DNA of 61,207 bases, filler included, from Diploschistes diacapsis (Eukaryota): assembly GCA_023645945.1 (NCBI GenBank). It is 10 parts of 10 records of this genome, joined end to end, with 100 filler letters (N's around TTAATTAATTAA, not from the genome) between each part and the next. Parts side by side here need not be neighbours in the genome. Positions count along the whole stretch, not along the records: positions 30,752 to 36,785 come from JALAIB010001447.1; positions 36,886 to 42,894 come from JALAIB010001448.1; positions 42,995 to 49,001 come from JALAIB010001449.1; 7 more parts are not named here. One strand, 5' to 3'. Below, in pieces: positions 36,661 through 48,850 of this stretch. Both the position numbers and the translations under genes were made by a program. Each line of letters starts with the position of its first letter. Position 1 is the stretch's first letter. Below the pieces are notes generated by a model, which had not been told where the DNA came from, made no database searches, and saw only the letters and a list, made by a program, of their open reading frames with translations.

Positions 36661-37601
36661 AGAAAAAGGATTTTGGTGGGCGTCCCATCAGGACATCGAT
36701 GGATCGATCGCCAGCTAGCGGGGAGCAAGAGAGCAACGTGTCCATATAGGATAGGAGACGCGAGGTCAAGCAAAAAAAAGGGGGGNNNNNNNNNNNNNNN
36801 NNNNNNNNNNNNNNNNNNNNNNNNNNNNNTTAATTAATTAANNNNNNNNNNNNNNNNNNNNNNNNNNNNNNNNNNNNNNNNNNNNGGTGGGTTTTTGTGA
36901 GATGGGGGGATTGGCGATGGTATGGAGGCGGGGAAGGAATGGGTGTTCGGTGGTTGGTTAATTAGGGACCGGTGTTTGTTAATGGGAGGTTTGGCGCGAG
37001 CTTGAGTATTGATTGATTCGTGTGAAGTTGAAATGTACTCCGTATGTATGAGATTTTTCTTTGCGGGAAGGTGGGATGGTAAAATGGTTTTGTATAGCTT
37101 CGTGTCAACGCAGTTACGATGGATAAAACAAGCCATGGTTATTTATGATAGTTCTGCCTAAACTATGTAGGCATTTCCACATACATATAGGCAGAGGACA
37201 CTACAGCTATCCTTCAAGACAACCTTCTCTCAAAGCAATGATCCGTGCTGGCTCGTCGCTCATCTCCTTAACCAGCAATACATAACTGACAAAACTACAA
37301 AAAGCACAAAGGGGTCATACAAGGATGGGCACTGTAAACATGATTGCATTTAACATATATCATAGATGGTTCTCGCCGACCACGACCACCTCTCCGCTCA
37401 TGAGCATTTCCTTCTTCGCTTGCTCTGAGCCGCTGCACTTCTAGCTTTCCGGACGTACATCGTTCGCGATTGCCACTTGCCTCCTCAATCGACCTATTTT
37501 GTCTAGTATCGTGCTCCATTCTTGTACATCCAGAGCTATACCGGTATATCACGCTTCTCAAGAACAGCATAAGATGTTCCTTCAAAAGCTCGCTCGCTTA
37601 T

Positions 37602-40163
37602 TCAGCCTAATAGTTCGACATCTAGCCCTATAGCCCGCATAAAGAGATTGACATTCCCCAGCCTCTGGCTCGCCATTTCTGGCGGCAAGGTCTTGCTCTG
37701 TGTGACGGTTTCCATGACGCGATCCCTGATATCTGTTAGTTTAAGAACCACACGCACAAACGAGGGCGAACTCACTTGACAGCAATGACAAGCCGCTGTT
37801 GCTGCTCGGGGCTTGCACCGCTTCCAATTGCAGCGAGGAATTGCCACACATACATGTCTTCCCCTGAATTGATAGAACCTGGGAATATCTGGCCCATAAT
37901 GGGCTCAAGCGTGTCGAACAAACGATTGTACAGCTGCGACCACTGTTGCCATTCTGACTCATCAGTGGCACCTGCCTCTCGCACCAGCGTGGCTCTGCTG
38001 GTAAGCATGGTAAGAATGCTGAGACCGACACGCGTACGAGCAACGGCGTGCACGTTGACTCGGTCGAGAATCAAGCCAAGTAGACCCATCACGTGAAATA
38101 ATGGTGCCTCGCTGACGTACATGAACAGACTCGGTGTAACGGCAACGGAGAAAAGATCGACTGCCTCACGCGAAGCAGCCGGTAGTTGAGTCTCCCCCGG
38201 TTGTAGCTGTCCTAAGCGAACGACGTCAAGTATATCGAGGTGGATGACGATCATCGTGAGCATGGTGACACGCTGTTTGGAAGACAGATGGCGGAATACG
38301 CGTGGTACGGCCTTTTTGCCCTTGGGATAGGAGAGGATAGCGATGAATGGATGAAGGGCTAGCGATCCAGGGTCAGTCGGTTCGATCATAGCTGCCCAAA
38401 GCTCCTCATTCAGTTCCTGCATGCCATGTCTCCATTCCATATGCTTCTGTACGTCCTCGGAACCAGCCTCTGGATTGGGTGGCGAAGGCTCCTTTCTTGC
38501 TTCGTCCTCAATTCTCATCAAAAGATTGTAAATTGCTTCAATAGCCTTGAGGATACTCTTTCTCGTGACTGACGACAAGTCGGCATCCCTTCGTGTGACT
38601 GGCCGGCTTGGTTTCCCCGCTGCATCGCTGCTTTCATGACGCTTGATATTCAACAGAGGCTTAGGCGTCTTGGCATTACTGAACGAGATCTTGCCAAGAC
38701 TACCCTCGATGACAAGCTGCTTGTTCTTCGGCTTCTGCTTGGCAGCTTCTACAGCCCGCTGTACCTGCTGCTCCATTCTTTGCATGTGGTTATCTCCGCC
38801 TCGATGGTGCCTTCGGTTGAACCCACCGTGGCGGCCGCCAGTCTGGAAAAGGTAGGTCTGGGCAAAGTGGCTCAGCGGTTGTTGTGGATTTGCCCGCGGG
38901 CCACCACGTATCTGGCGATGGACCTGATAATAGAAGTCTTCCGAAAGAACGGTATCACCACTCTCCTCATTCGTGTTGCCCGTCGCCGACATGAGCTGTT
39001 GCAACTGTATACGAGTAATGAAGTTCTTGTCCTGCGGGGTCATGAGACCATTCCCTTTCGAAAGCAAGAAAATCTTATGATTCCGCTTAGCACGTTTGGC
39101 TTCCTCTATAAGCCAGGCGTCACGGTCTGCATCCGATAGATGGACGAGTTGTTGTGGGTGCGTTATGGCCTGCTGTGGATTGACATTAGGCATTCCTGGA
39201 AGCGAAAGCCTCTGGCCTGATGGCGGCATCGGCTGCCGAGCTCCTGCTGTTGGGGGGCCATCGCGGGTCTGCATGGGCGGAGGGTGAGGTATTTTCCCGC
39301 TCAGGCTAGGGAACGGAGGTGTCTGCTGCGGAGGGCGTTGTAATACTTGCGGAGCTTTAGGCACAGCTGCGGGTAGTTCGATCTCGGGCTGGTGGAGCTG
39401 GTCGGGTTGCTGACCTTGGAATTGAGGGGATATCATGCCGTCTGGATACTTGGAGGCGGCAGAGTTCCTCTGCTGTAATGCAGGATTGCTTTTGTGAAGA
39501 TTGGAAGCTCTAGCAAATTGCTGCGGATCTTGCACCGGCTCTGCAGCAGATTTCTTCTTCCCCTGCATCCGGGCCTCCACCTCTTCTAGACTGAGCATTT
39601 TCCTCGATGGTGCAGCTGCAGGCTGGGGTGCCGTCGCTCGCGGTGCCTGTGCGGGCGGACCCCATAAGCTATGGTCGACCTGTAAGTCAGATACATGCTC
39701 GAGGTTCTGATATTTCTCGTAACCAGTCCGCGCAGGCTTTGACGGCTCGTTGTAGGCCGAAGCCGCCATGGATCTCTGTGGAGCTTGCTGTCTGTTGTAA
39801 ACCAGTTGCTCTTCGGTCATAGCGTCCGAGACTTGAGCAGTCCTCCCGAAGAAATCAAAGTCCTTCCCAACCGGCTTCTCACTCTTGCCGCTTGCTCCGC
39901 CGAACGTATCGTCGTTGAAATCGTCATTGGTCTCGTCAAGCCGGTCACCGAGGCCATCATAAGTGTCTTCGAAGTCAATACTGAACGCATGTTAGTGAGA
40001 GATCTCATCTCAATCATCCAGCTACCGACCCATCATCGTCGTCGTCGTTATCCGGACCGCGCGAAAGGGTGGCGAATGGATCTGGTGCCTGGGCAAATCC
40101 TGGGGCTGCAGAAGGGTGGCCGCGGTCCTTTGAGAGTGTAGTATCGAAACCAAAAAAAGACAT
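37602..40163 (-). CDS. PAT1: mRNA decapping activator / topoisomerase II-associated protein Pat1
   Basis: MSFFGFDTTL, FEDTYDGLGD...FNDDTFG, LSLEEVEA, GLMTPQDKNFITRIQLQQL, EDFYYQV, EGSLGKIS, YVWQFLA, ending NVNLFMRAIGLD; introns near 39982-40029 and 37726-37775. Confidence 0.95.
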
Positions 40164-40870
40164 CCTGACTAGAAAGAGCGTATGCACTGCTCCCGTACCA
40201 AGTACAGCAGGTAGAAAGAAGAGATTCGAGCAAGAACTAAATGAGTTATGCAGATGCTATCAATAGATCGAAAAAAAGCTTCGGCCTGAAGACTAAGGAA
40301 AGAGAAGAGAATAGACATTAGGTCCGCATCCCAATCAAGATATCTATCGGTAGAATACTGTGTGAAGCTTCTCCTTCGTATTGTAGAGGGCGGTTAATGG
40401 CGAATATGCTGTGGGGGTCGCTGTTCGGCATTTTACAGCGGAAGATGCTCGGGATCGAATCCGGGCCGTGGCCATTGACGGAAGTGGTTTAGTTCCACAG
40501 AATTTCTTGCTCTTCCCCAGACTTGTTCCTGAGCAGATTATATATGTATTGAGAGCGGATTGAGCCATGTTACGTGGACTTAACTTCGCAGGGAACACAG
40601 ACTATCCTTAACCTCAGGTTTTCTTTGCAGCTTCCAGCTGCTGCGCCCATTCATACCTGTGCGCTGACTCTCTATCGTCAATTGAATCGACTGATCGGTC
40701 TTTCATTCCCTTGCCGCGTTCTATCCTTCCTTGCCGCGAAACAAGGGGTCAGCAGTATTATCCCAACCACTACAATTTCGCACCGTTCCCAGAGAAATAC
40801 TCTCAGCTTCAATTGAGAAGCTCCCGCACATGTCACAGCACGACAGAAGTGACGAGAAATCAAAGAAGGG

Positions 40871-40873
<3 letters not shown>

Positions 40874-40938
<65 letters not shown>
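40874..40938 (+). repeat. (GAGCAC)~11 hexamer tandem repeat
   Basis: Seen directly, immediately upstream of the KRE2-like ATG. Confidence 0.95.
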
Positions 40939-40964
40939 GATTTGGAGATAGGGATTTGCCTGCC

Positions 40965-42352
40965 ATGGCGGGAGGTTCAACGAAGTACTTGAGATACATA
41001 CTTTTCGCTTTCTTCGTACGTCTTGTCCCAACGCTCTTTGGGTGATTACTGATCGTCGTTAGGCAATTGTTGTCGTTTACTTCCTAACTTCTTCTTCCAT
41101 TCCGACATCGGGGCTTCCAGGATCGACCTATTCGTGGTCAAACACCCAGCATGGATATCAAGAGGGACCACCGAAGCAGGATACTATCAAACCTACGGCT
41201 GCTGTAGGTGGAGACCTGGCTATAGGAACAACACCAAGTCCGTCTGCGGGCCTACCACCCGCTGTGGCTGCAGGTGAACGGATGAATGCGACTTTTGTTA
41301 CGCTTGCTCGCAACACTGATCTCTGGGAAATATCGAAATCAATCCGGCACGTTGAGGATCGTTTCAACCGCAAATACCATTATGACTGGGTCTTTCTGAA
41401 CGATCAGGAGTTTGACGAGGAATTCAAGAAAATAACCACTTCTTTGGTGTCTGGAAAAACCCACTATGGATTGATCCCTAAGGAACACTGGTCTTTCCCG
41501 GATTTCATCGACCAGGACAAGGCGGCCGAAGTCCGGCAAGATATGGCTAACCGCAAGATTATTTACGGCGACTCCATCAGCTACAGGCATATGTGCCGAT
41601 ATGAATCCGGCTTCTTCTTCCGTCACGAGTTGATGCAGAAGTTTGAGTGGTACTGGCGTGTGGAGCCCAGCATCGAGCTGTTCTGTGACATCGATTATGA
41701 TCCGTTTGTATTCATGAAAGAGAAAAACAAGAAATATAGCTTTGTGCTTAGCTTGTACGAGTACGTGGATACAATTCCCACTCTTTGGGACAGTGTCAAG
41801 AAATTCATCAAGAAGCACCCGGAGCATATTGCCGAGGGCAACTCTCTCAAGTTCTTAAGTGACGACAACGGAGATTCTTACAACCATTGCCACTTCGTAA
41901 GTCTATCGTTGAATTCTAGGATTACTCCAATTAACCATGCCACAGTGGTCCAACTTTGAAATAGGAAACTTAAACTGGCTTCGATCTCCGGCGTACATTG
42001 ACTACTTTAACTCCCTCGACCGTGACGGTGGTTTCTTTTACGAACGATGGGGCGATGCACCAGTTCATTCCATCGCTGCTGGCCTCATGTTGAAGAAGGA
42101 AGAGATCCACTTTTTCAACGACATTGCGTATTACCACGTGCCATTTACTCACTGCCCAACGGGTGAAGACTTGAGACTGAAACTGAAGTGCCACTGCAAT
42201 CCCAAGGATAACTTTGACTGGAAGGGGTACTCATGTAAGCGAACCGAAGCGTCCAGCTAATCATGAAGATGATGCTGATGTCAATAGGTACTTCTCGTTA
42301 TTTCGAGATGAACGAATACCAGAAGCCCGAGGGCTTCGAGGATGAGCAGTAA
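40965..42352 (+). CDS. KRE2: alpha-1,2-mannosyltransferase, GT15 (Kre2/Mnt1/Ktr1 family)
   Basis: Type II anchor [75 protein letters not shown]; three introns (41016-41062, 41896-41945, 42235-42287 approx.). Confidence 0.93.
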
Positions 42353-42734
42353 TTGCTAGGTTCAATCAAGATTCACAGAGGACTAGGAATGCATGACGAA
42401 TTGGGTGGGAGAGGGGGTTATCATCCAGCATTGCTCGGCGCAAATATGCTGGGCACTTGGAGACATGGTGGTGGCGAGCCTTGAGCTCTTGCATAGTTGT
42501 TGTACGGTCTAAGAACATGATGTCTGCAGGGTGGGTAAAAAAGGGGTCCAAGATTCCCAAAGAAATGTTGGGCGAGAATATCAAGCCTATTGTAATGCTA
42601 CCTGGCGCCGTGTAATGCTGATGCGGAGCGTCCGTAGCCCAACGAATGCCCACAGCCCTCACCTCCGCGTGGTCCAATAAACGGTCCCCATCTATCACCT
42701 CTGCACAAATACAAAGTATCAACTTCCCTCCCCA

Positions 42735-42800
42735 TCAAGCCGACTTCGGCTTCTTAGTCCCATACTTCGACCTACTGGTCCCTCTATTCGCAACTCCTCC
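42735..42800 (-). CDS. MRPS12: mitochondrial ribosomal protein uS12m, last exon only
   Basis: After acceptor TTTTAG: GGVANRGTSRSKYGTKKPKSA*, the conserved S12 C-terminus. Upstream exons lie beyond the contig end. Confidence 0.8.
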   Translation of the reverse strand, partial: GGVANRGTSRSKYGTKKPKSA

Positions 42801-43652
42801 CTAAAACAACACACGAAAAAAAAGTCAGCGCTCGTCCACGGTCACATAGCAAAAACACTCTCCCTCACCATCAACCAACCCCTCTCCCCTCTCCNNNNNN
42901 NNNNNNNNNNNNNNNNNNNNNNNNNNNNNNNNNNNNNNTTAATTAATTAANNNNNNNNNNNNNNNNNNNNNNNNNNNNNNNNNNNNNNNNNNNNGAATAA
43001 GGGAGGAGGGGAAAGTATTGCGGAGGGAGGGAGGGAGGCAGAGGATGAGTGAAGTGGTTGTAAAAGGATTCGCTAAAGTTTGACTCCGAGACTCCTGTGT
43101 TGGAGCAAGGGGGGGTGCTTGGGTGAATAAATAGGCGATCTTGTTTCGGTTGTCTCCTTTGATTTGTATACATAGAGACGTAGAGACTAGTGCTCCAATT
43201 GGGATTTGGATCGATAAAGCACGTGGTTTCTTCTACTTCTCTGGATCTTTCGTCCTACTTATGGAAGGCAGCTCATAGAAGGCATAGCCTCCCAGGAATG
43301 GCTCCGAGGGGCTCTCCTGCAACTCCCAGACAGAACAAGAGGCCTCCTTGTAAACCTAGATATGAAACTGCAAGTCGTACAGGTTTTGGATGCAGTCATC
43401 TCATGGACATTCACACTGGATTTTTATAATTTTCCATCACAACTTCGTGTTTCACCGACGAGCCAAATCTCGGCGTATGCCCCTCCATAAGACATTATTA
43501 CCAACAAAACCATACAATGCAGTGTGCCGCCCGTTCATCCCTCATCTCGACGTACCCGTCTCGAACGAACTCCATAGTGTATGCAATCCCTAGGGAATAT
43601 ATCGAATCATCAAAAACGTGACCGTAGCCCATGTCTGCAGGCCGAGACGTCC

Positions 43653-44404
43653 CTAATCGCTCAGGAAATAATAGAGCGCACAGTACTCCACCGTGAAGCT
43701 CGTATGCATCCCATCGCACGTAGCAGGCGCCTGCCCGCTCGCCGTCTCCGTCCGGTACACCGCACTCAACCCCCAACTCCCTTCTTTCGCACTCAGCGTC
43801 AACCAATCCACCGCCCCCTGCCCCTGCGGCCCCTTTGTCGAGTTCGCCTCCGGGGCTGCAATATCGGCCAGCTTCGCACTGACTAGCATGCCATTCCCCG
43901 AGGCGGAGAGATCAAACGTCGGGGTGCCAGAGGCATCGAAGAAGTGCTCTCCGGCCTGGGGGATGATGGAGCCTTGGAGAGCTTCTCGTGGGAGGGACAA
44001 TAGAAGAGGCGGCAAGGCGCTGAGGATTGCTTGGCCTTCGAGCGGAGAGAGAATGGGGAGGAGATCTTGCAGGTTGAAGAGGGTTGCTGTGGCACCGATG
44101 AATACGGGAATGGAGGAAGAGGTGGAAGTGGCACAGGTGTAGTTTTGTGTTCCGCGGCCGGCAGTTATGACTGAGAGTGTGTTGTTGGGTGAGGGCAGAG
44201 AGGCAGTGCCTGGTGGATGTTAGGGGAGGTTTCCGGGTGGAGACAGGGTGGGAACGGCTTACCGTTGTTTAGGGGAATTGTGTAGGCCGAGACCAGAGAG
44301 CTTCCGTTTACCGGCGCAGAGGTTGTGCTTATGGAGATTACGGCGGCTATCGACGGATCAAACAGCGAAGCGAATGCCGCAATAGCGGCGAGAGATGTGA
44401 GCAT
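43653..44404 (-). CDS. secreted DUF3455-family protein (often mis-annotated as malate dehydrogenase)
   Basis: Signal peptide; GRGTQNYTC, GATATLF, GEHFFD...PTFDL, GAVDWLTL, VYRTETASGQAPATC, VEYCALYYF; one intron ~44211-44262. Confidence 0.88.
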
Positions 44405-45826
44405 TACGGCGATCACGACCAGAAATTGAAGAGCAAAAGAATAGGTCTCGTAAGGATTGTATTGGAGAATAGAGGTTGAGCTTGAAACGGAGGGAGGTGT
44501 AAACGGAGGTGGAGTAAAAAGAACAAGCCTGAACCATCTACATGTTATAATATAATATCAAGGAAGCAGGTTCCATGCACGATGAACGAACCCCCAATAA
44601 CGGAAAGAACTACTAACTCTATAACAACACGAGAAAAGGTAACTATGACAGGGTTGGCTTTGAAGGTACTGACTGCTATTTCTGATTGCCCATGCAGCTT
44701 GCCTGAGCTCTCCTGGCCACTCATCCAGAAACCTTACCAAATTAGTCCAAGGCCAGCCATTTTTTGACGTTCAGATCCCAACGAGGTTCAACGGGGTTAT
44801 AGGAGGAGGTTGGGTGGAGACCAGATACTGGATACGATCCGGGGAGTGTGGATGCACCAACCAAACAGGCTGGGATGAATGTACTAGCCACCGAAAACTT
44901 GATTAAGGTGCATAGGAGCTTTTTCGGTCTGGAGAGGAGGTTGGGTGGTAGGGTCACACCAAGTCACACGTAGAGAGCCTCAAATGGGTGGCAGTGATTT
45001 TTGAGTGCTTCTCCAAAATTACTGATGGTGAATAATGCATTGTCATGCGGGAAGATAGAGGTTCTAACATTTGGTGGTTGAACGTGGTGCATCTCAAGAG
45101 ATATGGAGAGAAGAAGAAGGAGGCATCTCCGAGCCCCCGTGTGAAAGAGAAGAAAAACCCTCACCCCTTCAAGATAGATAGATTTGTGCGGGCTAGCCGT
45201 ATAACGTTAGCTCTAAGCAGGTCCGCTGTGGCTAGCTGTGGCTAGCTGTGATTGGTCGAATCTAGCAATGGCAGGCGCTTATCCAGCCTTGCCTGCCACC
45301 GCTATAACTCATGCTCCGGAAGGGTCGGATGCGGGGGCAATACCACGTAGAGCCTAAGAAGGCAACCTTGATGTAGTATATAAGCTCTTTATTGGAAGGA
45401 AAGCAGAAGGCTTGACTCCCGCACGTTGTGATAACGAAGAGATACTCTCTCCCCGATTCTTATGGATAGGGGGGAATAACTAATGCGCCTTCAACTCACC
45501 TGTTATCCACAACAAAATGAGGTTGATTGGCGGATTGGGTAAAGTCTTGGATACTCCGGCATATTCCTATAACCTGCAATATCCCTCGTGAATGGGGGGA
45601 CATGGTTGAACGGTAAAGACGACTGCTGGCAGACCTTTTCGAAGGTCGTGGGTTTGGGTTCGATTCTCACTGCTGTCACGACCCCCGAAAATTTCTTTAC
45701 TCCAAGCTTGGCAACCTGGCCTAATCTGAAGACAGCTAATCCCCGTTTCGACATCGATTAACTTGACAGACAAGGACGAAAAAGCTTCGGTCCTAAAGTT
45801 GGGCGTAGGTTCAGCTGACAATGGGA

Positions 45827-45858
<32 letters not shown>
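45827..45858. repeat. (ATT)n microsatellite
   Basis: Seen directly. Confidence 0.9.
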
Positions 45859-46412
45859 CCCTTGTGAATGCCCCTATATGGGTTATAAGGTAAAGGAGGT
45901 GCCTCTCTCTGCTATGCCTCATGTCGTATGCCACTACAGCCTTGACTAAAGCTCAAATGCTAGTTTGCTGAGCTTTTTCCCGCGGTAACTGAAGCCAGAC
46001 CCTTAGTATGCACTAATAGCTCAGCCATATTGTAAAGGAGTATAAAGAAAACCGTTACCGCTCCATCCACCATCCATGATATCATCACTTCAAGCTTTTC
46101 GTGACCGCTTGCTTGCGTGCACTGATCGTCAGCATCTCAGGAACAACTTATGGAATTTCTTTCATACCATACCGAATCGGTGTGCGCATCACTCAGACTA
46201 ACAATTGCGTAGGATCTGACAGCATCGTCCTGGATCCATATTCGGAAAACGGCAAGATCTCTCTAGGTAGGGGCAACGTATTGAAAGGTGAGGTCAACGT
46301 TTTATCATTTTCATGCATGTTTAAATCTCGCACATTACGTTTCGTAACTTCGTCTTGTTCTTGATCATCTGTGACCACTTTGGCCTTTCCTGTCTATTTC
46401 ATCTTGCCCACA

Positions 46413-48137
46413 ATGACCGAGCTTATCCGCGACACCGTGTTCGGGCATCTCCTCCGTTGGGTGACAAAGGGAAAGGTCCTGCCACATCCGGAAGACCTGG
46501 ATACAAATATCTGGAAAAAGTACGTCCATGAGGAGAAAACGGCTAGGATAGCCCACCATGGCCATACTGGGGAGTATGAACCTTCGCCAGAACCGTCCTC
46601 GCTGGATCGACCATCGCAAGAGCGGCAAACGAGCAACACATCGGGCGAGAGCTCCGGAACAAGGTACAACAACGATGAAAACCGAACCGTGAACGAGCTC
46701 GGCCACAGGGTCGATCCGGAGAAAGGCAAGGACGTCAATGTCATTCATTTCGAAGGGAACGACCCAGAAAACCCAATGAACTGGTCGCGCCTCAAAAAGG
46801 TCGTCGTCACAGCCGAGATTTGCCTCCTCACCACATCCGTCTATATCGGCTCCGCCATCTACACCGCCGGCGAGATGGGCGTTGTCTCCCAATTCGGTGT
46901 TTCCGAGGTGGCAGCGACGCTAGGCCTCGCCGTCTTTGTTGCCGGCTACGGAGTCGGGCCCATGATCTGGGCACCCCTCTCCGAGATTCCCCAGATCGGA
47001 CGCAACCCCATATATATCGGCACTTTAATCGCCTTCGTCGCGCTGCAGCTCCCTGTGATTTTCGCCAAAAATTTCGGCATGCTCCTCGCCTTTCGCTTTA
47101 TCACCGGCTTTGTCGGCAGCCCAGTCCTGGCGACCGGCGGCGCCTCCATCGCAGACATGTACCGTCCGCAGAAGCGCGCCTACGCGATTGCGATCTGGGG
47201 CATTTCTGCGGTCTGCGGGCCCGTACTCGGACCCCTGGTGGGAGGGTTCGCGGCGCAGTACGAAGGATGGCAGTGGACGATCTGGGAGCTCATGTGGCTT
47301 TCGGGCTTTACGCTGGTGTTGTTAATTTTCTTCCTGCCCGAGACCTCGGCGGCGAACATCCTCTATCGCCGCTCACGCCGTCTACGTGTGCTGACGGGCA
47401 ACGAAAAGCTGACGTGCGAACCGGAACTCGCAAGCCAGCAGATGACGGGCAAGGAAATCGCCACGATAGCACTCGTGCGACCCTTCACACTAAACTTCAC
47501 CGAGCCCATGGTCTTCCTGCTGAACCTGTACATCGCGCTAATCTACGGGCTGCTGTACGTCTGGTTCGAGTCCTTTCCCATCGTCTTCACCGAAACTTAT
47601 GGCTTCTCCTTGAGCATGGAAGGCCTAAGCTTCATCGGCATCCTCGTCGGCGCCTTCGCCAGCATCCCGCCCTTCTTCTACTATCTGCACCGCTACATCG
47701 AGCCTCAGTTCAACGAAGCCGGCGAGATCCAGCCGGAGAAACGCCTCGCCGCAGCGTGCGTCGGCAGCTTCTTCGTGCCCATCTGCCTGTTCTGGTTCGG
47801 GTGGAGCGCGGGCCGCACGCATTGGATCATGCCCATTATCGGCTCTGCGTTTTTCTCGGTCTCCGCGTTGATCCTTTTCAACAGCGTGCTGAACTACCTG
47901 GGTGATGCGTATCCGGACTACGCGGCCAGCGTGCTGGCGGGTAATGATCTTCTGAGGAGCAGCTTCGGCGCGGGCTTTCCGATCTTTGCGAGGGCCATGT
48001 ACATGAAGCTGGGGGTTGATTGGGCGAGCAGCACGCTGGCATTTCTGGGCATTGCATTTATTCCGATTCCGTTTGTGCTGTATAGATACGGGGAGAGGTT
48101 GAGAAAGGTTAGCAAGCACGCGAGGAAGGACTTTTGA
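46413..48137 (+). CDS. MFS drug:H+ antiporter, DHA1 family (Flr1/Caf5/Mdr1-like)
   Basis: MTELIRDTVFGH, DPENPMNWS, GPMIWAPLSEIPQIGR, GSPVLATGGASIADM, GPVLGPLVGGF, LPET, PEKRL, YAASVLAGN; intronless. Confidence 0.95.
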   Translation: MTELIRDTVFGHLLRWVTKGKVLPHPEDLDTNIWKKYVHEEKTARIAHHGHTGEYEPSPEPSSLDRPSQERQTSNTSGESSGTRYNNDENRTVNELGHRVDPEKGKDVNVIHFEGNDPENPMNWSRLKKVVVTAEICLLTTSVYIGSAIYTAGEMGVVSQFGVSEVAATLGLAVFVAGYGVGPMIWAPLSEIPQIGRNPIYIGTLIAFVALQLPVIFAKNFGMLLAFRFITGFVGSPVLATGGASIADMYRPQKRAYAIAIWGISAVCGPVLGPLVGGFAAQYEGWQWTIWELMWLSGFTLVLLIFFLPETSAANILYRRSRRLRVLTGNEKLTCEPELASQQMTGKEIATIALVRPFTLNFTEPMVFLLNLYIALIYGLLYVWFESFPIVFTETYGFSLSMEGLSFIGILVGAFASIPPFFYYLHRYIEPQFNEAGEIQPEKRLAAACVGSFFVPICLFWFGWSAGRTHWIMPIIGSAFFSVSALILFNSVLNYLGDAYPDYAASVLAGNDLLRSSFGAGFPIFARAMYMKLGVDWASSTLAFLGIAFIPIPFVLYRYGERLRKVSKHARKDF

Positions 48138-48802
48138 GAATAAGCAGGATCGGGAGGGGAGGATCAATGGGGTAAAGGTTCGTTCTGGAATTAAATAGAG
48201 AGAGATGTAGATGTAGGTTTCCGGTTGGTCTGCTGTTATGAGTAGTCACTGTTGCTGTGCTGGCAGCTAGCTGAACCGGATACTTGATTCGCATAGCGCT
48301 GGTGTTGTGCTTGGACTTGGGAGAGTTAGTAAATTCAGCGATTGACGACACAATCCGTCTCGAGTGTCCGATTGGATACAGTTGGGAGTCTCGACATGTC
48401 TGCACCGACCATTACTAGGGTAATGCTGTTTTGCTAACGTGGGTTTTCATGTGGCTATCCTCCCACCTCTCAATATAACTAGGTAGATGCTAGGTATGTA
48501 CTTACATCACACTCCTTACCCATTACTATCATTCCTCGTCCCCCCCTACCTCCTATCAATATCCCTGTTCTATTGGAACTGCAACCAGTCCCCGCTCAAC
48601 CCATCTCTCTCCGCTCCGATCCGAAACATCTCCTAGAGGGGGAAAGGAGAGAGGAGAAGGAGAAGGAGGAGGAGGAAGAGGAAGATAAGTAGTAGTAGTA
48701 GTAGTAGGAGTAGTAACAGGGGGGGGGGATTCGGAAATCCACCCACCTTCCTCACCATCTCCCCAATCAACTCTGCCACCACGCCTCCCACCACCTTTCT
48801 CT

Positions 48803-48850
48803 CACACACACACACACACACACACTCTCTCTCTCTCTCTCTCTCTCTCT
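48803..48850. repeat. (CA)n(CT)n compound microsatellite
   Basis: Seen directly. Confidence 0.9.

Noticed and set aside
12882..48137. Secondary-metabolite or regulatory cluster (velB, P450, C2H2 factor, MFS)
   Set aside because: The genes are on different unlinked contigs and no backbone synthase is present.
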